A DNA stretch of 60,966 nucleotides from Campylobacterota bacterium (GCA_013153475.1 JAADEJ010000073.1:1-60966); one strand, 5' to 3'; shown: positions 50,722 through 60,966, counted from the stretch's first letter. Translations and numbers: made by a program. Notes: a model not told the origin generated them from the sequence alone.

Positions 50722-52103
50722 CGGATCTCCTCAATCATATCTTCCGCGGTGGCGCTGAAATCGGCACCCCGATACCGCCGCGCCGCCAGCGCCAACGCCA
50801 ACGACCCCTGCATTGCCGCCTGCAACGGACCGAACCCCTGGGCCAGCAAGCCCCCGATAAGGCCGTCCAGCACATCGCCGCTGCCACCTTGAGAAAGCAC
50901 CGGCGTACCCAGGGGATTGACATAGAGCAAATGCCGGTGGGCAATAACGGTATGGGCCCCTTTGAGCACCAACACCGCTTCGGGATAGGCCCGCGCAAAC
51001 CGCCCGGCCCATCCGAAACGGTCCGCCTGCACCTCTTCCACCGTCACCTCCGCCATACCGACCGTATGCAAAAGGGCGGCAAACTCTTTGGGATGGGGCG
51101 TAATGACACACGATTTGGCAAGCAGTTTCTCCACAAGAGGAGAACGGCAAAGATCGGCGTCGATCACCATGGGAAGAGGGCGGTTCGCAAGCTCTTCGAT
51201 CAAAGCCGCGTCCGCCTCTCCCAATCCCATACCGACGGCTACGGCACTCGCTCCTTGCGGCAACCCATCCCGTTGCATCAACGAGGCTTCCAACCCCGCC
51301 AGCTTCTTTCGGGTCACCAGTGTCACCAGCCCCGCACCCATCCGTTGGGCCGCCCTGGCGCAGAGTCGGGCCGCTCCCTCCATCTGTCCGACCACCACCG
51401 CCAAATGCCCAAAGTGCCCTTTGTGCGAAGCCGGATCAAGCCGATAGGGAGGACGAAAATCTCCGATCTCCAACAAAAAGCTCTCGGCATGATCTTCGTA
51501 AAGCGTTCTGGAAACCCCCAGATCCACCACTTCGATCTCCCCCGTATGCCGTTTGGCCGCATCGGAAAAGAGGGCTTCTTTGAGCGCGCCCATCGTCAAC
51601 GTCACATCCGCCTCGAACGCGACGGGATTGGGTATCCCTTTGGAATCCAGACCACTGGGAATGTCACAGGCGATCCGCAACCCTTTCATCGCCGACAGCC
51701 GCTCGACAAGCCGCACCGATTTCTCGTCCAAAGGACGGTCGAACCCCGCACCGAAAAGCGCGTCTACCACCACATCGGCCCGATCCGGCAAAAATGTCTC
51801 GCACCCTCCGCCTACCGCCTCAAAACGCGCAAGCTGCGTCTTGGCCATATCGGACTTCGCCCCGTAGGGCAGATGCAGCATCACCTCATAATCGCTCCAG
51901 AGCAGTCGGGCCAACGTCACACCGTCGGCCCCGTTGTTGCCCGGCCCCGCCGCAATCAGTACGCGCGCGCCCTTCTCAAAACGGGCCCGGATATAACGGG
52001 CCATTCCGTCGGCCGCATGCTCCATCAGAATATCCTCGTTCAACCCGTAAACATCATAACAGCGTTTATCAAGATCGTAGCAGTGCGCAAAAATTTTTTG
52101 CAT
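50706..52103 (-). CDS. nnr: Bifunctional NAD(P)HX epimerase/dehydratase
   Basis: [37 protein letters not shown]. Confidence 0.93.
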   Translation of the reverse strand: MQKIFAHCYDLDKRCYDVYGLNEDILMEHAADGMARYIRARFEKGARVLIAAGPGNNGADGVTLARLLWSDYEVMLHLPYGAKSDMAKTQLARFEAVGGGCETFLPDRADVVVDALFGAGFDRPLDEKSVRLVERLSAMKGLRIACDIPSGLDSKGIPNPVAFEADVTLTMGALKEALFSDAAKRHTGEIEVVDLGVSRTLYEDHAESFLLEIGDFRPPYRLDPASHKGHFGHLAVVVGQMEGAARLCARAAQRMGAGLVTLVTRKKLAGLEASLMQRDGLPQGASAVAVGMGLGEADAALIEELANRPLPMVIDADLCRSPLVEKLLAKSCVITPHPKEFAALLHTVGMAEVTVEEVQADRFGWAGRFARAYPEAVLVLKGAHTVIAHRHLLYVNPLGTPVLSQGGSGDVLDGLIGGLLAQGFGPLQAAMQGSLALALAARRYRGADFSATAEDMIEEIRWIAS

Positions 52104-52137
52104 TCCAGACCTCCCGCTCCCGTTTTGATTTTTTCAA

Positions 52138-52160
52138 ATCATAGCAAAATATGCTATAAT
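52138..52160. promoter_or_regulatory. Bidirectional extended -10 promoter (nnr / rpsU)
   Basis: ATCATAGCA-AAATA-TGCTATAAT: TGCTATGAT on -, TGCTATAAT on +. Confidence 0.65.
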
Positions 52161-52199
52161 CCGCTTCTCGAAATTTTACCGAAAGGGGGTGATGTCAGT

Positions 52200-52412
52200 A
52201 TGCCTGGCATCCTCGTACGAGAAAACGAGTCGTTCGATGAGGCCTACCGCCGCTTCAAAAAGCAGGTAGACCGTAACCTCATCGTCACCGAGGCGCGCGC
52301 CCGCCGGTTCTATGAACCGCCGACGGAAAAGCGCAAAAAGCAGAAAATTGCGGCCCGCAAAAAACTGCTCAAGCGCCTCTATATGCTTCGACGCTACGAA
52401 GCGCGGCTCTAA
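52200..52412 (+). CDS. rpsU: 30S ribosomal protein S21
   Basis: [22 protein letters not shown]...[12 protein letters not shown]. Confidence 0.96.
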   Translation: MPGILVRENESFDEAYRRFKKQVDRNLIVTEARARRFYEPPTEKRKKQKIAARKKLLKRLYMLRRYEARL

Positions 52413-52520
52413 TCGGCCCGCCTTCGGGCGGTCCTCTTCTTACACATCTTCACGCTTTTAATCGGTTTTTGGATATATTACTCTTTAAAAAGACCTCAAA
52501 GAACATTGTAAGGATTGTCT

Positions 52521-53792
52521 ATGCAGTTTTCGGCTCCGCTAAAATCTGACGCCATCAAGATCATGCTGCTGGGTAGCGGTGAACTGGGCAAAGAGGTGGC
52601 CATCGAAGCCCAACGCCTGGGGCTGGAGGTGATCGCCGTGGATCGTTACCCCAACGCGCCGGCCCACCAGGTGGCCCACGAGGCGCACGTGATCAATATG
52701 CAGGATAAAGCCCAGGTACTTGACCTCATTCGCCGTGTCCGGCCCGACTACATTCTGCCCGAAATCGAGGCCATCAGCATCGATGCGCTTTTCGAGGCCG
52801 AGAAGGAGGGCTTTACCGTCATTCCCAACGCCGAAGCGGTCAACAAGACCATGAACCGCAAAAACATTCGCCGCTTCGCCGCCGAAGAGCTTGGGCTCAA
52901 AACCAGCGCCTACCGCTTTGTCAGTACCCTGGAAGAGCTGGAAAAGGCGGCCGAGGAGCTGGGTTTTCCCTGTGTCATCAAACCGGTGATGAGCTCTTCG
53001 GGCCACGGTCAGAGTATCGCCCGAAGCGCCACGGATATCCAAAAGAGCTGGGAGATCGCCAAAGAGGCCAGAGGAGACGCCAGCGAACTGATTGTCGAAG
53101 AGTTTGTCCGGTTCGATTACGAGATCACGCTTCTTACCGCCCGCACCGAAAACGAAACCGTTTTTTGCGAACCCATCGGCCATGAGCAAAAAGACGGTGA
53201 CTATATCTTCAGTTGGCAACCCATGCCCATGTCCCCCGCAGCCTTGCAAAAGGCCAAGGAGATCGCCAAAGCCGTCACCGACGGCCTGGGCGGCCGGGGG
53301 ATTTTCGGCGTGGAGCTTTTTGTCAAAGGGGATGAAGTCTACTTCTCAGAAGTGAGTCCCCGCCCCCACGATACGGGCATGGTTACACTCATTACCCAAA
53401 GCCAGAGCGAATTCGCCTTACACCTTCGGGCCGTGCTGGGCCTTCCGCTGGACTTCGCCTTTTTCACACCCGGCGCCAGCGCCGCCTTCAAAGCGACCCA
53501 AGAGAGTGTCACCCCTCATCTTTATGTCGATCCAAAAGCTTTCGGAGCGGACTCTTTCGTGCGGATTTTCGGCAAACCAGAGAGCCACAAAGGACGACGT
53601 ATGGCGGTATTGCTGACCATGGCGGCCAGCGAAAAGGAGGCGCTGCAAAAAGCGAAAGAGCGGATTGCCCATCTCTCCGACACACCGCCGCAACCGAAAC
53701 AAACACAAACCGAATCTCCCCAATCGAAAGAGGACGAAACGGAAGAGGCAGAGCCCTCCAAAGGCTTTTTGAAACGGCTGTTTGGAGCATGA
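52521..53792 (+). CDS. purT: Formate-dependent GAR transformylase with C-terminal extension
   Basis: [39 protein letters not shown]. Confidence 0.96.
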   Translation: MQFSAPLKSDAIKIMLLGSGELGKEVAIEAQRLGLEVIAVDRYPNAPAHQVAHEAHVINMQDKAQVLDLIRRVRPDYILPEIEAISIDALFEAEKEGFTVIPNAEAVNKTMNRKNIRRFAAEELGLKTSAYRFVSTLEELEKAAEELGFPCVIKPVMSSSGHGQSIARSATDIQKSWEIAKEARGDASELIVEEFVRFDYEITLLTARTENETVFCEPIGHEQKDGDYIFSWQPMPMSPAALQKAKEIAKAVTDGLGGRGIFGVELFVKGDEVYFSEVSPRPHDTGMVTLITQSQSEFALHLRAVLGLPLDFAFFTPGASAAFKATQESVTPHLYVDPKAFGADSFVRIFGKPESHKGRRMAVLLTMAASEKEALQKAKERIAHLSDTPPQPKQTQTESPQSKEDETEEAEPSKGFLKRLFGA

Positions 53793-54221
53793 ATGGAAAT
53801 TTTTCAAGCCACATTGCGACTTGAACCAAAACGGCGTGGGGTCCACCTGGTAACGCGTGAGATCCTCTCTCAACTGCCTGAACTTTCCCACATCCAAAGA
53901 GGAACACTGCACCTCTTTTTGCAACACACCAGCGCCGCTTTGAGCCTGAACGAAAACGCCGATCCCGATGTACGCCGGGACACGGAAGCGTTCATGCGCC
54001 GTCTCATTCCCGACGGCGATCCCCTCTTTTCCCATACCCTTGAGGGGCCTGACGATATGCCCGCCCACCTCAAATCGATGCTCTTTGGCCCTCAGCTCAC
54101 CCTGCCCGTCACCGACGGCCGGCCGGCGCTGGGAACCTGGCAGGGCATCTACCTCGTTGAAGCCAGGGCGCACGGCGGAAGCCGCCAAATCGTAGCCACC
54201 CTGACAGGAGTGACGCGATGA
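53793..54221 (+). CDS. yjbQ: YjbQ/UPF0047 family protein
   Basis: HTSAALSLNENADPDV, PAHLKS, LGTWQGIY. Confidence 0.92.
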   Translation: MEIFQATLRLEPKRRGVHLVTREILSQLPELSHIQRGTLHLFLQHTSAALSLNENADPDVRRDTEAFMRRLIPDGDPLFSHTLEGPDDMPAHLKSMLFGPQLTLPVTDGRPALGTWQGIYLVEARAHGGSRQIVATLTGVTR

Positions 54222-54571
54222 AGCGGTTATACCTGTCTCTTTTGCTTCTTGTTCCATCTCTACATGCCGACAAAGTGCAGTGCGAGATCCGTTCGGAAAA
54301 AATCTACTGCACCTATATCCTGGACCGCTCCGACACCTACAAAGAGCGTGCCGTCGCTTTTCACTGGCTGTCGCCCCGCTCACCCGAAGACGATAGAATC
54401 CGGCACTTTCGCATCCCACCCGGCTACGGGTCGGTCTATGACTACCGTTTTCTTCCCGGGCGGGCCAAAGGGAAATGGCGTGTCGTCGTGGTAAACGCGG
54501 AAAACAACCAAAGCGTAGAGACAACCTTTGATATCAATACAACGGATGAAACGATTTTTGAAGAGGATTGA
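54218..54571 (+). CDS. Hypothetical exported beta-rich protein (DUF2914-like)
   Basis: Signal peptide MKRLYLSLLLLVPSLHA, Cys pair, F.W...YDYR..GKWRVVV; ATGA overlap with yjbQ. Confidence 0.7.
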   Translation: MKRLYLSLLLLVPSLHADKVQCEIRSEKIYCTYILDRSDTYKERAVAFHWLSPRSPEDDRIRHFRIPPGYGSVYDYRFLPGRAKGKWRVVVVNAENNQSVETTFDINTTDETIFEED

Positions 54572-54572
54572 G

Positions 54573-54660
54573 TGGCAGAGGGGAAGGGATTCGAACCCTC
54601 GGTAGCTTGCGCTACACACGCGTTCCAGGCGTGCTCCTTCGACCGCTCGGACACCCCTCT
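54573..54660 (-). tRNA. tRNA-Ser (GGA)
   Basis: AGAGGGG...CACGCCT-GGA-ACGCGTG, long variable arm, GCCA end. Confidence 0.96.
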
Positions 54661-54672
54661 ATAGCAGTATGG

Positions 54673-54760
54673 TGGCCGGGGGACAGGGATTCGAACCCTG
54701 GGTAGCTTGCGCTACAACGGTTTTCAAGACCGCCGCTTTCGACCACTCAGCCATCCCCCG
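54673..54760 (-). tRNA. tRNA-Ser (TGA)
   Basis: CGGGGGA...GCGGTCT-TGA-AAACCGT, long variable arm, GCCA end. Confidence 0.96.
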
Positions 54761-54792
54761 AAAGTGTTTCCGTCAATATATTCTGAAGAGTT

Positions 54793-54866
54793 TGGAGGCG
54801 ACACCCGGATTCGAACCGGGGATCAGGGCTTTGCAGGCCCGTGCCTTACCACTTGGCTATGCCGCC
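54793..54866 (-). tRNA. tRNA-Cys (GCA)
   Basis: GGCGGCA...GGGCCT-GCA-AAGCCC...TCCA. Confidence 0.96.
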
Positions 54867-54869
54867 GTC

Positions 54870-54956
54870 TGGTGCCCGGAGCCGGACTTGAACCGGCACG
54901 AACAGATGTTCGAGGGATTTTAAGTCCCTTGCGTCTACCGATTCCGCCATCCGGGC
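54870..54956 (-). tRNA. tRNA-Leu (TAA)
   Basis: GCCCGGA...AGGGACT-TAA-AATCCCT...ACCA. Confidence 0.96.
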
Positions 54957-55028
54957 CAAAACCTCTTATTTTCCGTAAAAATAAGGATTGCGTTTTTGAC
55001 GGATGAGAAAGATCTTTACCAAAAATAA

Positions 55029-55103
55029 TGGAGCGGGAGACGGGATTCGAACCCGCGACCCCAACCTTGGCAAGGTTGTGCTCTACCCCTGAGCTACTCC
55101 CGC
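55029..55103 (-). tRNA. tRNA-Gly (GCC)
   Basis: GCGGGAG...CAACCTT-GCC-AAGGTTG...TCCA. Confidence 0.97.
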
Positions 55104-55119
55104 GTCTTTTGGGATCGGT

Positions 55120-55148
55120 ATTATAGCCCAAATTTTTTTGGATGTAAA
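55120..55148 (-). promoter_or_regulatory. Promoter of the Gly-Leu-Cys-Ser-Ser tRNA operon
   Basis: TTTACA-17 nt-TATAAT. Confidence 0.75.
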
Positions 55149-55195
55149 GGGCTTTTGCGATAGAATCGTTTGAAATTTTTCTCCAAAGGTTTGCC

Positions 55196-56875
55196 ATGCG
55201 AAGCGACATCATCAAAAAAGGGTTCGAGCGGGCCCCCCACCGCTCACTGCTAAGAGCCACCGGACTCAAAGACGAGGATTTCGACAAACCCTTCATCGGA
55301 ATCGCCAACAGCTATATCGACATTATTCCCGGCCACTTCTTTTTGCAGGAGTACGGCCGCATTGTCAAAGAGGCGATCCGCGAAGCGGGCGGCGTGCCCT
55401 TCGAGTTTAACACCATCGGCGTCGACGACGGCATCGCCATGGGGCATGACGGGATGCTCTACAGCCTCCCCAGCCGCGAGATCATCGCCGACTCCATCGA
55501 GACGGTGATGAACGCCCACAAGCTTGACGCGCTTATTTGCATCCCCAACTGCGACAAGATCGTGCCGGGCATGGTAATGGGCGCCTTGCGGGTCAACGTG
55601 CCCACCATCTTCGTCTCCGGCGGCCCCATGCGCGCGGGCCATCTCAAAGACGGCACCCCCATCGACCTGGCCACGGCCTTTGAGGCGGTGGGCCAACGGG
55701 CCAAAGGAGAGATCACCGACGAGCAGCTCTATGAGATCGAGTGCGAGGCGTGCCCCAGCGGCGGATCGTGCTCGGGGATGTTCACCGCCAACTCCATGAA
55801 CACGCTCTGCGAGGCGATGGGGATCGCCCTGCCGGGCAACGGCACGGTGCTGGCCATGACCGAAGAGCGGCTGGAGATGGTCCGCACGGCGGCCAAACGG
55901 ATTGTTGAGATGGCCAAGGCACAAGGCCCCAATATCCGCGACATCCTCAACGAAGACGCCGTCAACAACGCCTTTGTCGTCGATATGGCCATGGGCGGCA
56001 GTACCAACACCGTCTTGCACATGATGGCCATCGCCCATGAAGCGGGTGTCGACTACGACCTCAAAAAGATCAATGAGCTGAGCGACAAAGTGGCCAACAT
56101 CGCCAAAATTTCCCCCTCGTTATCGACCGTTCACATGGAGGATATCAACCGCGCCGGCGGCGTAAGCGCCGTGATGAAAGAGATCTCCAAACGGGGTGAT
56201 GTACTAAGGCTTGATGCCAAAACCGTCACCGGCGAAACGATCGGTGAGCGGATCCAAAACGCCGAGATCAAAGACCCCGAGATTATCCACCCCATCGACA
56301 ATCCCTACTCCCAGGTAGGCGGCCTCTCCATTCTTTACGGTAATCTGGCTGAGGAAGGCGCGGTGGTTAAAAGCGCGGGCATCGCCCCGCATATGCGAAA
56401 ATTTAAAGGCAAAGCGGTCTGTTTTGACAGCCAGCCCGAAGCGATTGAGGGGATCATGGGCGGCAAGGTCAAGGCCGGCGACGTGGTAGTGATTCGCTAC
56501 GAGGGGCCCAAAGGGGGCCCCGGTATGCAGGAGATGCTGGCCCCCACCAGTCTCATCATGGGGATGGGGCTTGGCGACAAAGTGGCCCTCATCACCGACG
56601 GCCGCTTCAGCGGCGCTACCCACGGCGCCTCCATCGGACACGTCAGCCCCGAAGCGGCGGAGGGGGGCGTCATCGGCCTGCTTGAAGACGGCGACATCAT
56701 TGAACTGGATGTCGACGCCCACATCCTGCGGGTGAAGCTGAGCGACGAAGAGATCGCCGAGCGCCGCAAACGGTGGCAACCCAAGAAAAAAGAGGTGCCC
56801 GGAAGCTGGCTCAAGCGCTACAGCCTGCTGGTTAGCAACGCCGCCCACGGCGCGGTGCTCAAAACGGAACTTTAA
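55196..56875 (+). CDS. ilvD: Dihydroxy-acid dehydratase
   Basis: [40 protein letters not shown]. Confidence 0.97.
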   Translation: MRSDIIKKGFERAPHRSLLRATGLKDEDFDKPFIGIANSYIDIIPGHFFLQEYGRIVKEAIREAGGVPFEFNTIGVDDGIAMGHDGMLYSLPSREIIADSIETVMNAHKLDALICIPNCDKIVPGMVMGALRVNVPTIFVSGGPMRAGHLKDGTPIDLATAFEAVGQRAKGEITDEQLYEIECEACPSGGSCSGMFTANSMNTLCEAMGIALPGNGTVLAMTEERLEMVRTAAKRIVEMAKAQGPNIRDILNEDAVNNAFVVDMAMGGSTNTVLHMMAIAHEAGVDYDLKKINELSDKVANIAKISPSLSTVHMEDINRAGGVSAVMKEISKRGDVLRLDAKTVTGETIGERIQNAEIKDPEIIHPIDNPYSQVGGLSILYGNLAEEGAVVKSAGIAPHMRKFKGKAVCFDSQPEAIEGIMGGKVKAGDVVVIRYEGPKGGPGMQEMLAPTSLIMGMGLGDKVALITDGRFSGATHGASIGHVSPEAAEGGVIGLLEDGDIIELDVDAHILRVKLSDEEIAERRKRWQPKKKEVPGSWLKRYSLLVSNAAHGAVLKTEL

Positions 56876-56878
56876 TCT

Positions 56879-57868
56879 TTGTCCTCCACGTGGCTTTTGG
56901 GAACAGCGGCGCTGCTGCTCTCCTGGGTAACGCAACGCCTGGTCGCGACCCATTCACTCCAAAGAGGGTGGATGGTAGACTCCCATCAGACCGACAAGCC
57001 CCAACGCCTGCATCAACATCCCGTTCCCAGAGCCGGGGGGATCGGCCTTTTTGCAGGGGCCCTGCTGCTTTGGTTCAACCCTATCGGCAAAACCGTACTG
57101 TTCTGTATGCTTCCCGCCCTTTTAAGCGGACTGATCGAGGATCTTTACCAAAAACTCTCACCGGGCATTCGGCTGGTCATGCAGGCTTTTGCCGCATTGA
57201 CGGCCATTCTGTTTGCCGACGCTGTCGTGACCTATCTGGGACTTGGCATCCATCTGCCTTACAGTTTGGGAATTCTTTTCAGCCTTGTCGCCATTGCCGG
57301 TTTCATGAACGCCATGAATCTCATCGACGGACTCAACGGCCTGGCTGCCGGTATCGGCCTTTTGATTCTGGCCTCTTTCGCCTTCACCGCCTGGCGCGTG
57401 AATGACGAAGCGATACTGGGCTACACCGTTATTGTCGGCGGCGCCGTATTGGGCTTTCTTTTGAACAACTTTCCCAAGGCCCGTATCTTTCTCGGGGACG
57501 GCGGGGCTTATCTGCTGGGCTTTTTGATCGCATTGCCGGGCATTTATCTGGCGGGGCACCATGAGGATGTCAGCCCCTGGTACATCCTGGCCGTCCTGAT
57601 CTATCCGGTCTGGGAGGTACTCTTTTCCGTCACGCGCAGGCGGCTGAACGGTCGGTCGGCCACCGAAGCGGACTCATTGCACCTGCACACCCTTTTGTAC
57701 AGGAAACTGGGCAAAAAAAACGCCCAAACCACTCTTTTGCTCTGGCTCTTCTACACGCCGTTTCTTGTAACGGCCACGCTGATTTCCCACCACTCTTTGG
57801 GGTGCATATTGGTGGCCTTCTCTTTTATTCTGTCCTATGCTTTCTTTTATAGAAGACTTAAATCCTGA
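56879..57868 (+). CDS. WecA/TagO-like polyprenyl-phosphate HexNAc-1-P transferase (GT4/MraY family)
   Basis: PVPRAGG, GLIEDL, NAMNLIDGLNG, IFLGDGGAY, DSLHLH; multi-TM; TTG start uncertain. Confidence 0.88.
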   Translation: MSSTWLLGTAALLLSWVTQRLVATHSLQRGWMVDSHQTDKPQRLHQHPVPRAGGIGLFAGALLLWFNPIGKTVLFCMLPALLSGLIEDLYQKLSPGIRLVMQAFAALTAILFADAVVTYLGLGIHLPYSLGILFSLVAIAGFMNAMNLIDGLNGLAAGIGLLILASFAFTAWRVNDEAILGYTVIVGGAVLGFLLNNFPKARIFLGDGGAYLLGFLIALPGIYLAGHHEDVSPWYILAVLIYPVWEVLFSVTRRRLNGRSATEADSLHLHTLLYRKLGKKNAQTTLLLWLFYTPFLVTATLISHHSLGCILVAFSFILSYAFFYRRLKS

Positions 57869-59960
57869 GACGATAGATACGGGTATAGGGCGAGACAACG
57901 ACCGGCTCGAAATAGTCCGGATCATACCGGCCCATCACGAACATCTGAATAAAGGTGGAACGGAAAGTTTTTGGATCCATAACCAAAAAGAGACCGTAGT
58001 TTTTCATAAAAACACCCACCAACCCCTCTGTACGAAGAGACTCCGAAGAGACCTGTACCTTTCCATCGGGAAGCAGCTGCGTCACATAAATGGTTGAAAG
58101 CGGCAGCGTCCCGTTGTTTACCAGCAATCTACCCTCGGCAAGATTCAACACCAGTCCCTCGGCAAATCGTACGGTTCTTCCCTTCTGACCGACCGGATGC
58201 AGCCGCATAAACACGGTTTTACGCAACGGTTTACCGGTTGTGAGATCAATGTTGCCAAAAAGCATGACCGTCGGAAAGATACTTAGCATCCGGTAGGGAA
58301 GATAAAAATAGATCTCCCTGCTTTTGGCGGGCAGCGGATAAGTACCGTCAGCCAGTTTTTTCAACACCGCATTGGGATCTTTATGCGCGGCGCCTTTTCC
58401 AAAGATTTTGTCCGCCACCACCAAAAACTCCCGTTTGCCTCCGGCGTAGGTCTCAACGGCCAGACGGGCCAGGCGGGCGGCCAGGGCGGGAGAGTCGGTC
58501 TGAAAAATTTTGGAGACAATAAAGTTGTCGTTTTGGTGTTTTCCACCGTCAATCAGCGTATTCGTATCACTGTAAAACCAGAGCGGATAGCCGTAATCCC
58601 ACCAGGCGACGGTATAATCCTTCGAATCGGCAACCTTATTGAGTCTGGCCATATCCCCTACTTCCGTACGATTGAGTACGGTAGGTACTTTGTACTCGAC
58701 AATATGCACCAGGTTGGGCAAAAGCACGGCAGCTGTCAAAACACCTGCCGTCACCACTCTGAACTTCGGTTTTTTCGACGCCATTCGAGCCAACTCACAC
58801 AATAAAAATACCGCCCCCATTGCCGCCACCGGTACGGCATAGACAGTAAAACGCAAACCGCCCCACCAGGCAAAAAGCCCGATTGCGGCCAACGGCAAAG
58901 AGAGCAGAAAGAGGCGTTGACGGTAAAGAAGATATCCATACCCGATAGCGGCGATCACGAACCCGGGCACCGAGCCGGCAATACGCTTGGCAAATATCTC
59001 AAATGGAATATGCCCTGCCTCCCGAATGGTCTGAAATACCGAATAGTAATGCAGGCCGCTACCTACCGTTCCCCGATCGACATACTGGGCAATCCGATCC
59101 AGCACCATGGTAATGACGCTGCCAAAATAGAGATAACCGACAAACAGGACAAACGCGGCAATCATCAACCCCCTGACCGAAGGGGAGCGGGAAAGAAAAT
59201 AGCCGTACAAAACCGTCACCAGCAACAAACTGACCAGATAACTCCACGGCGCGGCGACGGGGAGAGGCAAAAGCGCCGCGAAAACCAGTACGATAGACTG
59301 CCACGCCACCCGCTCTTTGCGATGAAACCAGACGGTATAGAGCGCATAAAGCGTCCCCATGGCATACACCACGGTTTTGCCCGCGTCATACAAAAACGGG
59401 TACACGGCAATAAAGAGGGCGGCAAACCAGGCCGCCTTGAGCGTCTTCTCCTCACAGCTCTTCATCAAAAAGTAGAGAATAAAAACCGGCGCCATGGCCG
59501 AAAACATATCGGTATCGTAATAGCCGGCCATTGTGCGGTTGTAGTAGCTCCACCCCACCACCGCCAGCAAAGCGGAGAAAAAGCCCCACCAGGGTCGCCC
59601 AAATAACTGCCCGATCAGCATGATGGGCACCACTACCAGCGAAGAGACAAAGACCGGCAGGTACAAAATAACCGTCTCCAGCGAAAAAGGTGTCCACTTC
59701 GCCAATAGCGTCGTCAGCGCCACGGTACCGTAGCGCCAAACATCGGGGATGCGGAAGTTTTCCGGATGCAGCCCCCACAACGCTTTCTGCGCCCCCGAAG
59801 CGAAGTAGTAGCCGTCATTGGTGTTGATCATGAGCTGCCCGTTATAGAAAAAATCGGGCACCCCCTGGGCATAATAGATCCAGATATAACGGGCTGCAAT
59901 GCCGAAAAGATAGGCAAATATCATCAATCCCAAAAACCTCGCTCGGGTCATTTCACGCAT
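57858..59960 (-). CDS. pglB: Oligosaccharyltransferase (STT3/PglB)
   Basis: TNDGY, YYDTD, TIRE, LRF, WWDYG, DGGKH, MLSIFPTV; start 59960-59975. Confidence 0.93.
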   Translation of the reverse strand: MREMTRARFLGLMIFAYLFGIAARYIWIYYAQGVPDFFYNGQLMINTNDGYYFASGAQKALWGLHPENFRIPDVWRYGTVALTTLLAKWTPFSLETVILYLPVFVSSLVVVPIMLIGQLFGRPWWGFFSALLAVVGWSYYNRTMAGYYDTDMFSAMAPVFILYFLMKSCEEKTLKAAWFAALFIAVYPFLYDAGKTVVYAMGTLYALYTVWFHRKERVAWQSIVLVFAALLPLPVAAPWSYLVSLLLVTVLYGYFLSRSPSVRGLMIAAFVLFVGYLYFGSVITMVLDRIAQYVDRGTVGSGLHYYSVFQTIREAGHIPFEIFAKRIAGSVPGFVIAAIGYGYLLYRQRLFLLSLPLAAIGLFAWWGGLRFTVYAVPVAAMGAVFLLCELARMASKKPKFRVVTAGVLTAAVLLPNLVHIVEYKVPTVLNRTEVGDMARLNKVADSKDYTVAWWDYGYPLWFYSDTNTLIDGGKHQNDNFIVSKIFQTDSPALAARLARLAVETYAGGKREFLVVADKIFGKGAAHKDPNAVLKKLADGTYPLPAKSREIYFYLPYRMLSIFPTVMLFGNIDLTTGKPLRKTVFMRLHPVGQKGRTVRFAEGLVLNLAEGRLLVNNGTLPLSTIYVTQLLPDGKVQVSSESLRTEGLVGVFMKNYGLFLVMDPKTFRSTFIQMFVMGRYDPDYFEPVVVSPYTRIYRLRI

Positions 59961-60720
59961 CTTCACAATCCTCAAACCGATATTTTTTTAGGCCGTGGTA
60001 GGCATAATGGAAAAAATAGTATAGCGAAGAAAAGAGATTCAGGTTCTCTACCTTCCTGTAAACCCGCCACTGGTAGTAGGCGGTACGCCACTTGCCGGCC
60101 GAAAGGGAAGCGGCATGCAGCCGATAAGCCCCCAGCGGCTCGGCCATGCCCCTGGCCTCTTTGGTCGATTTGAGCAGATCGAGCCAAAGCACATAGTCCT
60201 GACGGTTTCGCATGGCGGGCATATAGCGCTTACCGAACACCGCCGTATCAAACACCGCCGTCAGGCAGCCGATGCTGCAGGTTTTGAGCAGATCACGGTA
60301 GGTGACACGCAAAGGCGGGCAGTAGCGCCCCGTCACACGGCCGCTTTCATCTATAAGGTCGTAGGTGCCGTAGCTGAAGGCCACCCCTTCCTGGCGCATA
60401 AAACCGATCTGCCGCTCAAGCTTTTGGGGATACCACACATCATCGGCATCCAAAAAAGCGATATAGCGCCCCCTGGCCTCTTTGATGGCCCGGTTCCTGG
60501 CCGCCGCCGCCCCCAACGCGCGGGGGTGGCGAAAGAGACGGATACGCGCATCCGTTTCGGCCGCGCGGATGATGATATCGGCGGTGGCGTCCCGGCTGCC
60601 GTCATCGACAATGACCATCTCCCACGATGTCAGCGTCTGGACGCGCACCGAATCAATCGCCGCCTGAAGAAAGGCGGCGGCGTTGTGGGCCGGGGTGATA
60701 ACCGAAACAAGCGGCTTCAT
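59953..60720 (-). CDS. Glycosyltransferase family 2 (TuaG-like)
   Basis: VSVITPAHN, VDDGSRD, ARN, FLDADD, QDY. Confidence 0.92.
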   Translation of the reverse strand: MKPLVSVITPAHNAAAFLQAAIDSVRVQTLTSWEMVIVDDGSRDATADIIIRAAETDARIRLFRHPRALGAAAARNRAIKEARGRYIAFLDADDVWYPQKLERQIGFMRQEGVAFSYGTYDLIDESGRVTGRYCPPLRVTYRDLLKTCSIGCLTAVFDTAVFGKRYMPAMRNRQDYVLWLDLLKSTKEARGMAEPLGAYRLHAASLSAGKWRTAYYQWRVYRKVENLNLFSSLYYFFHYAYHGLKKYRFEDCEDA

Positions 60721-60965
60721 ACCCGATTCCTTTGGGCGTGCCACACGCTAAGCACCAATGCGGCGTAGAGTTGCGGGGCGTAGTCGCCGCCGCGGCCGAA
60801 GAAGCGGCCGACCAGTTCACGGGTGCTGCCGGGGGGCGTGAGGCGATCCAGCAGTGCCAGATCGAGCCGCTTTAAAAGAGCCGCTTCACCCATATGGCGC
60901 AGCCACCGCTCCACGGGGGCCACGAATCCCTGCTTGCGCCGGTAGACCAGACGCTCAGGCAGATG
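60717..60965 (-). CDS. Asparagine synthase-like amidotransferase (3' end; starts outside window)
   Basis: LPERLVYRRKQGFVAPVERW...LYAALVLSVW. Confidence 0.75.
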   Translation of the reverse strand, partial: HLPERLVYRRKQGFVAPVERWLRHMGEAALLKRLDLALLDRLTPPGSTRELVGRFFGRGGDYAPQLYAALVLSVWHAQRNRV

Positions 60966-60966
60966 G

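Noticed and set aside
54218-55103. tRNA cluster as an integration site or genomic island
   Set aside because: No integrase, no duplicated tRNA 3' end and no compositional shift. The flanking genes are housekeeping.

Overview
Core-genome window of a fairly GC-rich Campylobacterota (Epsilonproteobacteria) bacterium, most consistent with a Hydrogenimonas/Nitratiruptor-type vent lineage. That placement is an inference from gene order, protein sequences and gnTATAAT-type promoters. The window carries the str and rif clusters (fusA partial, rpsG, rpsL, rpoC, rpoB, rplL-J-A-K, nusG, secE, tRNA-Trp, rpmG, tuf, 4 tRNAs) and the S10-spc-alpha superoperon (no rpmD, no adk). It also has a nifU-murE-ybaB-PDZ-ispA-tkt block, a second 5-tRNA cluster, ilvD, purT/purN and the edge of an N-glycosylation locus (pglB, WecA-like transferase, GT2, asnB-like). 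No mobile element, CRISPR array or rRNA was seen. Most notable signals: (1) a ~415-nt, densely base-paired non-coding leader between infA and rpmJ, whose G.U pairing favours the mRNA strand; (2) PurT with an acidic linker ending in a MinD-type membrane-targeting helix (KGFLKRLFG); (3) a hybrid sensor with degenerate kinase and Hpt motifs but one intact receiver; (4) a likely cross-strand Cys pair in EF-Tu; (5) a structured ~170-nt leader on a DEAD-box helicase; (6) a tightly coupled FAH-hemerythrin-yaaA-ate operon. All RNA structures were folded by eye and no database searches were run.
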